Part shown: positions 35,880 through 44,157 of the stretch, in pieces
Layout of the letters: each line of letters starts with the position of its first letter
How positions within the stretch are numbered: the stretch's first letter is position 1
Origin: an uncultured Chloroflexia bacterium
GTDB taxonomy: Bacteria; Chloroflexota; Limnocylindria; Limnocylindrales; CSP1-4
NCBI GenBank assembly: GCA_963734535.1
Contig: CAVTHS010000013.1
Span: forward strand, 1 to 50,839
Direction: 5' to 3'
Length of the DNA stretch: 50,839 bases
Notes under the pieces: model-generated
Seen by the model: the letters and a program-made list of their open reading frames with translations, nothing else
Databases searched by the model: none
Told to the model about the DNA's origin: nothing
Made by a program: the position numbers and the translations under genes

Positions 35880-36896
35880 ATGTTCAGGACTCCGACTCGG
35901 ACTTCGTGGTGGGCCTTCCTTGGGGCCGTCGTCGCTGTGCCCCTCCTGGCGGCTGCCTGCTCCACATCGGCGAATGGCGCTGGCTCAAGCAACGTGCCAG
36001 GTCGCAGCCAGGGTCCCGGGGTCGTCGACACCGCGTCGCCCGGCGCGACGCTCGCGGCGGCCGGAGCGTCTTCCGGGCCGCTCGATCCTTGTGCGCTGCT
36101 GACGAAAGCTGACGTCCAGCCGTTCTTCAGCGTCCCGATCGTGACGGAGCTGCCCGGGCCCGTCCCCGGCACCTGTGAATGGGCCGCGAACGATAGCCCC
36201 GGCGGGGTAGACACGTCGCTCGACGTCGCGGTCACGACCGGACAGGACGCTCTCTTCGCCTGGACCATGGCATCTGGGCCCGGACCCAGGACGATGTTTG
36301 GCGAAGTCGGGGACCATGCCGAGCACTACCCGAACAACCCGGACTTCGTCTCGAACAAGGGCGAGGTCACCTGCAAGATCACAACCGTGGGAAACGCGCA
36401 CCTCGCGGGCAAGGCGGACTACCCGCCGGTCGGGATCCCCGACGCGGCGGCCACCAAGATCGCGCAGTCGTACGGCACGCTGTGCAACAAGATCTACGGC
36501 AGCGGCCCCACCTCGCCCACGCTCACGGCCGCGCCGATCGCCGCGTCGGATGCGGGCTCTGCGGCACCCACCGCCGCGGTCAGCATCCCGCCCATCGGAG
36601 GCACCCTGGGCGCCTCCTTCCCGCTCCCCCAGGGCCTCGACTGCAGCGGGAAGACGACGACGGACTCCGAAGGCACGATCACCTGCGCTGGCACGACGAC
36701 CGGCGACGCGATGGCAACATACCCGTTCTTCCTCAGCGTCCTTCCGGCACAGGGCTACACGATCAGCCACGAGCAGGAGGAAGTGTCAAACGGGAAGGAG
36801 ATCGCCTCGATCCTCTTCGGTGGCAATGGCGCCGGCGGATTGTCGTTTATCAGCATCCTCGGCACGAGCGTCACGATCACCCTCCAGGCGCCGTGA
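35880..36896 (+). CDS. Lipoprotein, paralog 2 (with extra C-terminal domain)
   Basis: Lipobox LAAAC; DPCALLTKADVQP, GTLCNKIYGSG shared with paralog 3. Confidence 0.8.
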   Translation: MFRTPTRTSWWAFLGAVVAVPLLAAACSTSANGAGSSNVPGRSQGPGVVDTASPGATLAAAGASSGPLDPCALLTKADVQPFFSVPIVTELPGPVPGTCEWAANDSPGGVDTSLDVAVTTGQDALFAWTMASGPGPRTMFGEVGDHAEHYPNNPDFVSNKGEVTCKITTVGNAHLAGKADYPPVGIPDAAATKIAQSYGTLCNKIYGSGPTSPTLTAAPIAASDAGSAAPTAAVSIPPIGGTLGASFPLPQGLDCSGKTTTDSEGTITCAGTTTGDAMATYPFFLSVLPAQGYTISHEQEEVSNGKEIASILFGGNGAGGLSFISILGTSVTITLQAP

Positions 36897-36904
36897 CAGA
36901 CTCT

Positions 36905-36987
36905 CTCCTTGGGTATGTCCACCTCGGACCCGGGAAGCGTGCGAACGTGGATCGCAGATCGATCGCAGCTGGTCGCGTTGGGTCGCA
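36905..36987 (-). promoter_or_regulatory. Orphan SARP-type promoter plus RBS with no downstream ORF
   Basis: Minus strand TGCGACC..CGCGACC..TGCGATC-gatc-TGCGATC-8nt-CACGCT, then AAGGAG; faces the 3' end of lipoprotein 2. Confidence 0.5.
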
Positions 36988-37040
36988 GTGGCGGCTCCGG
37001 TGCCACGGCCGTCCTGTCCCGCGCCCGTGCAGGGGAGGGA

Positions 37041-40000
37041 TCAGCCCCTGGCTCGGCGTCGCCGGGGAGTTGCTGTGACGGGGCGGGCCGCGTCCCGGGC
37101 GTAGCCCAGGGCGAGCGCGTGCGCGGCCGCGGGGTCGAGCTCCGGGGGCGGATCGCCGTCGGGCGGCGCGCTGGGCTCATCCAACGGCGCGCTCCGGGCG
37201 AGTGTCCACTCGAGGTCGCTGACCTCGGTCGGGGCGACCGGCTGGCGAATCGCGGCGCGGATGCGGCTGGCCGAGGCCAGCAGCCGACCGGATCCGGTCC
37301 GACTCGCGGCGACGAGCAGTCGCGCGACCGCCTCCAGGCATTCCACGAGTACCCAGCGGTCGGCCCCCGGGTCCACCAGCTCGAGCGCGCGCGCGAGGTG
37401 ACTCGCGGCAACGGGGTGGTCCCCGGCGTCGATGTCGAGGCGAGCGAGATTGACATGCCCGAGCGCGACCGTCGTGCGGGTGCTCGACAGCTCGCCGGCA
37501 TCGATCGCCAGCTGCGCATAGCGGCGTGCGGCGCGGGGATGGTTGAGCCCGCGGGCAACCGCGGCCAGGCGATAGGCGACGGTCCCCTCGGTTGGCCGGT
37601 GGCCGAGCTCGCGGAAGATGAGGAGGGCCTCGTTGCCCGTCTGCATCGCTGCCTCGAGATTGCCGGCCTTCCAGTGCGCCAGCGTCAGCGCGGCGAGGAC
37701 ATGCCCGTTCGCGAGCGGGTCGCCGGTCTCCACCGCGATCGCCAGCGCGCGCTCGAGCGCCGGGCGGGCTGCGTCCACGACACCCTCGTCCGCAAGCAGC
37801 GAGCCGAGGTGAAGCAGGGTCGTGCCCGTCTCCCGCTCGACCCCGGCTCGTTCGAGCCGGGAAAGGGATGCCTCCAGGAAGCCGCGGGCAGCCGGCAGGT
37901 CGTCGGTCGCTGCTGCGATGGCCCCGCGCCGCCGGAGAGCCCGGCCCTCGCCGAGGTGGTCGCCCAGGGAGGCGAACAGCGCCTGGGCCTCCTCGACGAC
38001 GCGCTCGCCCTGGGAGAAGTCCGTGACCCAGTAGGCAAGATGCCCCCGGCTGAGCAAGGCAGCCGCGCGGAGCGCGGGCGTCGGCGCGGGCGTCGGCCCG
38101 GCCGCTTCGATCAGCCGGCCCAGCCAGTCGAGTCCCTCTGCCGGGTGGCGGCCGAGCCAGTAGTCCGTCAGGCCGACCGCGATCTCCAGCCCGCGGGTCA
38201 CTCCGGCGGGATCGACCGGCGCCGCGCAGAGCCTGCCCAGGACGGCCCGAATGTGGGGCATCTCCCGGTCCAGCAAACGCAGGGTGTCGCTCCGGTCGGC
38301 CGTGGCGAGCTGGCCCGCGAGCCGGTCCGCCCGGGCCAGGACGGCGTCCGCGTAGCGCGCCCAGGATGCCGCGAGCTCTCCCTCGTCGGCGCCCTCGAGC
38401 GTGTGCGCGGCCACGGTGTGGAGCAGCTCGTAGCGGGTCGGGCCCGGCGCGCTGCGGACCTGGACAAGGCTCGCGTCGACGAGCCGGGCCACGACCTCGA
38501 ACGCGTCGGCAGCCAGGTCCGTGAAGCTCGCGACGGCTTCGATCAGGGCGATGTCCGCGTCGGTGACCATCACGGCGAGCGCCACCAGGGCTCGACGCTC
38601 CGACGGGCCCAGCCGTTCGACGCTGGTGTCGAGCGCCGCCCACAGGCCGGCTCGACCGCCCGCGGGCCTGCCCGCCCAGCGGCCCAGGTCGGACTCGACC
38701 AGCCTGACGACCTCGTCGATCCGCAGGAGCTGGAGGTGACGCGCCACGACCTCGATGCCGAGCGGCAGGCGGTCCACGAGCGCGCACAGCCGATCGGCGA
38801 TGGCCATCTCGGCAGGGCCGAGGCGGAAGCGTGGATCGAGAAGCCGGGCGCGATCGACGAGCAGGTCGATGGCATCACCCGGGGCCAGCGGGCCCAGCGG
38901 AATGAGCGCTTCGTCGAGGATCCCGAGCCGCTCGCGGCTCGTGGCGAGCACGCGGACGCGGGGGCAGGCACCGAGAAGCTGGCTCACCTCGCGGGCAATC
39001 TCGACGGGGCGTCCCTCGCAACCGTCGAGCACGAGCAGGCCGGGGGCGGTCCCCAGCTCGGTCCGGATGCCCGCGGAAGCATCGGTTGCCCGCGACGACG
39101 GAGCCACGACGTCGAGGATGGCGGCGGCCACGGACTGCGCGGCGGGGATCTGCTCCAGCGCAACGTACCAGGCAGGTGGCTCCGCCGCTCGGGCCAGCTC
39201 CAGGGCAAGCCGGGTCTTGCCGGCCCCGGGCGGGCCGAGCACGGTGGCGAGGCGGCCCCGATCCCAGACTTCGGCCAGGTCGCGCTGCTCGACCGCCCGG
39301 CCGATCAGCCGCGTGGAGGCGCCCGGGATCCGGGACGTCTCGACGATCGCCCCGTGTGCCAGGGCAGCCTGCGGGGGGCCGGCCGCCGCCAACCTAGCCG
39401 GCTGGACAGGCGGTTCCAGGGCCGGGTCCTGGGCGAGCACGGCCTGCTGCATACGCCTGAGCGACGTGCCCGGGTCAAGGCCCAGGTCGTCCAGCAGCCG
39501 ACGCCGGCACTCGGCGTACGCGTCGAGGGCGTCAGCCTGCCGGCCGGCCCGATACAGGGCCAGCATCAACAGCTCCCAGCGCCGCTCGCGGTAGGGCTGC
39601 GCTTCGGCCAGCCGGCGGGCGTCGGCCACCAGCTCGGCAGGCCGCCCATGGTCGAGCTCCAGCGTCAGCAGCTCCTCGCGGAAGCTATCGACCAGCTCCT
39701 CGAGGCGGGCCGCCACGCTGGTCGCCTCGGGAACGTCGTCGAGATCGGCCAGCGGCCGGCCGCGGCATAGGCCGAGCGCCTCGCGAAGCGCGCCGATTGC
39801 CCGCGCGGGATCTTCCTCCTCGATGGCGCGTCGGCTCTCCGCGGCCAGCCGCTCCACTTCGCCGGCGTCCGTCGGCGTTTCCAGGACGTAGCCGTCGTCG
39901 CGGGTGGTGATGACCAGGCCCAGTCGGCGCAAGCGAAAGACATGGGTGGCGATCGTGTGACGGGCGGCAGGCGGCGCGTGGTCGCCCCAGGTGGCCGATT

Positions 40001-40136
40001 CCAGGGCGTCCACCGTGACCGGCGTTCCGGCCTCCATCGCCAGCCGGGCCAGGACGCGCCGCTGCAGACGGCCGCCGGCGGGGATCTCGATCGCGCCGTC
40101 TCGAATGCTGAGCGGGCCCAGGAATCGCACCTGCAT
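37041..40136 (-). CDS. AfsR-type large SARP regulator (OmpR-HTH, BTAD, NB-ARC/STAND ATPase, TPR)
   Basis: MQVRFLGPL, PYRE..W.LLM.ALYRAGRQADAL..Y..LGLDPG, GPPGAGKTRLA, LATSRE.L, LPLGIE, TPR-like repeats; TACAGT -10 lies 6 nt before ATG. Confidence 0.92.
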   Translation of the reverse strand: MQVRFLGPLSIRDGAIEIPAGGRLQRRVLARLAMEAGTPVTVDALESATWGDHAPPAARHTIATHVFRLRRLGLVITTRDDGYVLETPTDAGEVERLAAESRRAIEEEDPARAIGALREALGLCRGRPLADLDDVPEATSVAARLEELVDSFREELLTLELDHGRPAELVADARRLAEAQPYRERRWELLMLALYRAGRQADALDAYAECRRRLLDDLGLDPGTSLRRMQQAVLAQDPALEPPVQPARLAAAGPPQAALAHGAIVETSRIPGASTRLIGRAVEQRDLAEVWDRGRLATVLGPPGAGKTRLALELARAAEPPAWYVALEQIPAAQSVAAAILDVVAPSSRATDASAGIRTELGTAPGLLVLDGCEGRPVEIAREVSQLLGACPRVRVLATSRERLGILDEALIPLGPLAPGDAIDLLVDRARLLDPRFRLGPAEMAIADRLCALVDRLPLGIEVVARHLQLLRIDEVVRLVESDLGRWAGRPAGGRAGLWAALDTSVERLGPSERRALVALAVMVTDADIALIEAVASFTDLAADAFEVVARLVDASLVQVRSAPGPTRYELLHTVAAHTLEGADEGELAASWARYADAVLARADRLAGQLATADRSDTLRLLDREMPHIRAVLGRLCAAPVDPAGVTRGLEIAVGLTDYWLGRHPAEGLDWLGRLIEAAGPTPAPTPALRAAALLSRGHLAYWVTDFSQGERVVEEAQALFASLGDHLGEGRALRRRGAIAAATDDLPAARGFLEASLSRLERAGVERETGTTLLHLGSLLADEGVVDAARPALERALAIAVETGDPLANGHVLAALTLAHWKAGNLEAAMQTGNEALLIFRELGHRPTEGTVAYRLAAVARGLNHPRAARRYAQLAIDAGELSSTRTTVALGHVNLARLDIDAGDHPVAASHLARALELVDPGADRWVLVECLEAVARLLVAASRTGSGRLLASASRIRAAIRQPVAPTEVSDLEWTLARSAPLDEPSAPPDGDPPPELDPAAAHALALGYARDAARPVTATPRRRRARG

Positions 40137-40170
40137 TCGCGGACTGTAGCCGAGCACGCGCGTGCCGCTT

Positions 40171-40225
40171 TGCGATCGAGATCCGGCGTTTCCGCGATCG
40201 ATCTGCGATCGGCCCGGCGCATGGT
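40171..40225 (+). promoter_or_regulatory. SARP-type promoter for lipoprotein 3
   Basis: TGCGATC (40171), CGCGATC (40193), TGCGATC (40204), then 9 nt and CATGGT. Confidence 0.6.
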
Positions 40226-40280
40226 CGAGGCAGGCCCGTCGTGCGGGCGTCTCGACCTTCTGGAGGCACCACGAGCACCC

Positions 40281-41000
40281 ATGCACCGCTTGATCTCGAG
40301 CGCATCCGTCGGTCTCATCGTTATCGTCAGCGCAATCGCCGGCTGCGGGGGCGGCACCGGCAACATGACGGGTGGCACGGGCAGCGCCACGCTTCAGCCC
40401 CCTGCGCCGGCCGTCTCCGACGCCGGCGGCTCGTCGCCCGGCGACCAGGCAGCGACCGCGGCACCGCAGGCCTCGCCCGGCAGTGCCGGGGGCACGGCCG
40501 TGACCTGCAGCCAGCTCACCAAGGCTGACGTGCAGCCGCTGCTCGTCGACCCGATCACCACGGTGACCGTGACTGCCGCCGGGGTCGACGGCGAGGGCCA
40601 GCAGTGCGTCTTCGGTACCGCGTCTGACGGCGCGGTCGACATCCTCGTCCTGAGCGGGGACGAGGCGACGTCAGGCTATGCCCAGGAGATTCAGAACATG
40701 ACCAAGCCGGTCAGCGTTCCCGGAATCGGAGACAAGGCGGCCCGCGACACTGGTGACGACCAACCCGACGCGATCAAAGGCGATGTCTTCTGCTCCGTGG
40801 GCCTCGGTGCGGACGAGGCCGTGCCCGGCGTCGCCCAGCTCCAGGCGGCGGCCGGCGGCACGTCGGACATCGGCGACCGGGCCGAAGGCATCGTCGCGGC
40901 GGCGCTCGGCACGCTCTGCAACCGGATCTACGGGAGCGGGAACACGACGCCGGACCTGAGCGGTCTCAGCTCCGCGGCAGCCTCACCCACGACGCCGTAG
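40281..41000 (+). CDS. Lipoprotein, paralog 3
   Basis: Lipobox AIAGC; CSQLTKADVQP, GIGDKA, GTLCNRIYGSG. Confidence 0.8.
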   Translation: MHRLISSASVGLIVIVSAIAGCGGGTGNMTGGTGSATLQPPAPAVSDAGGSSPGDQAATAAPQASPGSAGGTAVTCSQLTKADVQPLLVDPITTVTVTAAGVDGEGQQCVFGTASDGAVDILVLSGDEATSGYAQEIQNMTKPVSVPGIGDKAARDTGDDQPDAIKGDVFCSVGLGADEAVPGVAQLQAAAGGTSDIGDRAEGIVAAALGTLCNRIYGSGNTTPDLSGLSSAAASPTTP

Positions 41001-41130
41001 CCGACGCCTGGCATCGCGGGGGTGGCTCGCTGCACGTACGCCCACGCCGCGCCGGGATGGGGCAGAATCCGCGCCACGCGCGGACGATCGCCGCCGCCAC
41101 GCCCAGAGCATGTTCAGGAGACCCGTCCCG

Positions 41131-42609
41131 ATGCCAGGTCAACGCCACCCCGTCACGGTCATCCCGGGCGACGGGGTCGGCCCGGAAGTGGTCCGGTCGG
41201 CCCAGCGGATCATCGCCGCGGCCGGCGTCGCGATCGACTGGGAGACAGCCGAGGCCGGCGCCGAGATCTTCAAGCGCGGAGACACGTCGGGCGTGCCGAC
41301 CGCGACCCGCGACTCCATCGCCCGCACGCGCGTCGTGCTGAAAGGCCCGCTGGAGACGCCGGTCGGCTTCGGCGAGAAGAGCGCCAACGTGACGCTGCGC
41401 AAGCTCTTCGAGACCTACGCGAACGTCCGGCCCGCCCACGAGCTGCCCGGCGTGCCCACCCGGTATGCGGGCGAGGGCGTGGACATGATCATCGTCCGCG
41501 AGAACATCGAGGACCTCTACGCCGGGATCGAGCACATGCAGACACCCGACGTCGCGCAGTGCCTCAAGGTCATCAGCCGCAAGGGCAGCGAGAAGATCAT
41601 CCGCTACGCGTTCGAGCTCGCCCGTCGCGAGGGGCGCCGCAAGGTCACCTGCGCCACCAAGGCGAACATCATGAAGCTCACCGAGGGCCTCTTCAAACGG
41701 GTCTTCGAAGAGCTTTCCGGGGAGTACCCGGAGATCGTGGCCGAGCACCTCATCATCGACAACGTGGCCCACCAGATGGCGAAGAGCCCCGCCCAGTTCG
41801 ACGTCGTCGTGACCACGAACCTCAACGGCGACATCATCAGCGACCTCGCCTCGGGACTCGTCGGCGGGCTGGGCTTCGCGCCGTCCGGCAACTACGGCGA
41901 CGACATCGCGATCTTCGAAGCGGTCCACGGCTCAGCCCCGAAGTACGCCGGCAAGGACGTCATCAACCCGACCGCGCTGATCCTCAGCTCGGTCATGATG
42001 CTGCGCCACCTCGACGAGACGGACGCCGCCGAACGGATCGAGGACGCCGTGCTCGTGACGCTCGAGGAAGGCCGCTCGATCACCCAGGACCTCGCCCGCC
42101 AGACCGGCGGGGATGTCGAGCAGGCCGCTTCCACCACGGGGTTCACCGACGCGATCATTGCGAACCTCGACCGCCAGCCAACGACCGTGGCGCCGCGCCA
42201 CGGGTCCGAGCGACCGTCAGGCCAGGCGCGACCGCGACCGCACTGGACCTACGGCGAGGCAGTGAGCGCGGCCGTCCCGCGCCTGACCGTCGGGGTCGAC
42301 CTCTTCCTCGAAACATGGGAGCCGGCCGAAACCGCCGGCCCCATCCTCGAGGCGCTCGCCGGCGAGGCCCTCGTGCTCCAGATGATCTCCAGCCGCGGGA
42401 CGATGGTCTACCCGGCGACGGGCCTGGTGCCGGACAACGTCGGCCTCCTCCGGGCGCGCTTCGTCGCCCGCGAGGCGGGTGCGGCGGCAACCGACGCCGA
42501 CATCCTCGCGCTGCAGGGCCGCGTGGCCGCGCGGTTCGCATGGACCCACGTCGAGAAGCTCAACAACTTCGCCGGTGAGCCGGGATTTACAAAGGCGCAG
42601 GGTCAGTAA
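41131..42609 (+). CDS. icd: Isocitrate dehydrogenase (long type with C-terminal extension)
   Basis: IPGDGVGPEV, LKGPLETPVG.GEKSANVTLRK, RENIEDLYAGIEH, KANIMK, NLNGDIISD, FEAVHGSAP, C-terminal GFTKAQGQ. Confidence 0.93.
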   Translation: MPGQRHPVTVIPGDGVGPEVVRSAQRIIAAAGVAIDWETAEAGAEIFKRGDTSGVPTATRDSIARTRVVLKGPLETPVGFGEKSANVTLRKLFETYANVRPAHELPGVPTRYAGEGVDMIIVRENIEDLYAGIEHMQTPDVAQCLKVISRKGSEKIIRYAFELARREGRRKVTCATKANIMKLTEGLFKRVFEELSGEYPEIVAEHLIIDNVAHQMAKSPAQFDVVVTTNLNGDIISDLASGLVGGLGFAPSGNYGDDIAIFEAVHGSAPKYAGKDVINPTALILSSVMMLRHLDETDAAERIEDAVLVTLEEGRSITQDLARQTGGDVEQAASTTGFTDAIIANLDRQPTTVAPRHGSERPSGQARPRPHWTYGEAVSAAVPRLTVGVDLFLETWEPAETAGPILEALAGEALVLQMISSRGTMVYPATGLVPDNVGLLRARFVAREAGAAATDADILALQGRVAARFAWTHVEKLNNFAGEPGFTKAQGQ

Positions 42610-42612
42610 GCT

Positions 42613-43132
42613 ATGGCTCACGCGGCGGATGTGAACCGGCCCGCGGCCATTGTCGGGATCGTCGGCGGGAGCCGAAGCGACTTCCCCGTCCTCACCCGGG
42701 CAACGGCGCTCCTGGATCAGCTCGGCATCCCGTCCGAGCTGCGCGTGGTCTCGGCTCACCGGACACCCGACCATCTCTTCCGCTACGCCGAGACCGCGGC
42801 GGGGCGCGGGATCCGGGTGATCGTCGCGGGCGCCGGTGGCGCGGCCCACCTGCCGGGGATGCTGGCCGCCAAGACCCAGCTCCCGGTCATCGGCGTGCCG
42901 ATCCCGACCGAGCATCTCGGCGGGCTCGACTCGCTGCTCTCGATCGTCCAGATGCCGCGCGGGATTCCCGTCGCGACGGTCGCGATCGGGAACGCCGAGA
43001 ACGCGGCGCTGCTTGCGGCCGCGATCCTGGCCCTCTCGGATGACGCGCTCGCGGCGCGACTGGCTGCGTACAGGGCCGACCCAGACGGCTGGAGTCCTCG
43101 ACGACCCGTCCAATGCCTCGCCGCTGACCTGA
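42613..43132 (+). CDS. purE: N5-CAIR mutase PurE (extra C at 43080-43082 shifts the last codons)
   Basis: [45 protein letters not shown]; removing one C gives ..[13 protein letters not shown] ending at 43132. Confidence 0.93.
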
Positions 43133-43172
43133 CGTCACGCCCCGGCTGTCCACCTCACGCGGGGCACGCCGT

Positions 43173-43952
43173 CTACCCCGTGATCGCCGTTACCAGGTTG
43201 ACGATGTGCGGCGAAGGGCCAAGCCCAAGCTCGTCGCGCATGAGCTGGCGGTAGGCCTCGTATTGCCGAAGGGCCTCCCCGCGGTTGCCTTCCGCCAGGT
43301 GCACCTCGATCAGCTGCCGATGGGCGCTCTCCCGCAGGGGCTCGCCGGACACGGCGGCGAGACACATCTCGATTGCCCGCCCGAATCGACCGGCGGTGGC
43401 GAGGAGGCCGCAGAGCCTCTCGAGGGCGTGCAGGCGCAGTTGGCGAAAGCGCTCGCGTTCCACGAGCAGCCAGTCATCGGACCAGTCGGCGAGCAGGTCA
43501 TTCGCGACGGCGAGTGCCTCGACATCCGTTTCCCGGTCATCCGCAAAGGACACAGCGGGCTCGTCCGGCCGATCGATGAGGTGGAGAGCGAGGCTGCCCA
43601 GAACGCGCACGTCAACCGCAACGCCTGGAGCCAGCGCCAGCTCATTCCCGTTGGTGACCACGAGCGTCCCTGGAAGCTTGCGTACGCGCCACAGCGTCGA
43701 GCGAAGGTTCCCCATCGCCCGAGCGTCAACGGCGTCGGGCCAGAGCGTCCCGGCGACGTGCGACCGCAGAATCGGGGGCTCGCGAAGCGCGAGATACGCG
43801 AGCAGGCGCTGCGCACCCCACGCCGGCCGGATCACCCGCTCACCGTGGTGCAGGGAGAAAGCGCCGATCAGGCCGATCGTGTAATGAGGAACGGCGCCGT
43901 TGATGCCCGGTTCCGAGGTACGGGGGGACGCGTCACTCAGGCCGTGATGCAT
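43173..43952 (-). CDS. Small SARP/BTAD transcriptional activator
   Basis: [20 protein letters not shown]...[38 protein letters not shown]; TACAAT -10 upstream. Confidence 0.9.
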   Translation of the reverse strand: MHHGLSDASPRTSEPGINGAVPHYTIGLIGAFSLHHGERVIRPAWGAQRLLAYLALREPPILRSHVAGTLWPDAVDARAMGNLRSTLWRVRKLPGTLVVTNGNELALAPGVAVDVRVLGSLALHLIDRPDEPAVSFADDRETDVEALAVANDLLADWSDDWLLVERERFRQLRLHALERLCGLLATAGRFGRAIEMCLAAVSGEPLRESAHRQLIEVHLAEGNRGEALRQYEAYRQLMRDELGLGPSPHIVNLVTAITG

Positions 43953-44048
43953 GACCGCTCGCCGTGTCCCTCCCGGGCGATGTGGGGCGCAATTGTAGCC
44001 CGGGATCACTCGACGTCCACCTGCGCGATCAGAGTGCTTCGGCCGACT

Positions 44049-44091
44049 GGTGACGAAGCGGTGACGGGGTGGTGATGAGCGTTCTGATAGT
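44049..44091 (+). promoter_or_regulatory. SARP-type heptamer repeats upstream of the large operon
   Basis: GGTGACG (44049), GGTGACG (44060), GGTGATG (44071), 11-bp period; GATAGT follows after 8 nt. Confidence 0.6.
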
Positions 44092-44157
44092 CATGTCGCC
44101 CAACCGGTGCCAAAGAGGGAGACGCGCCGGCCGGCGACGGCACGAGGGGGGCGAACG

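Noticed and set aside
43133-43254. Long PurE C-terminal extension overlapping the SARP gene
   Set aside because: Artefact of the extra C at 43080-43082; the corrected gene stops at 43132
37041-43952. Secondary-metabolite biosynthetic cluster implied by two SARPs
   Set aside because: No PKS, NRPS, RiPP or terpene genes nearby; the repeat boxes point to lipoproteins and the uncharacterised operon
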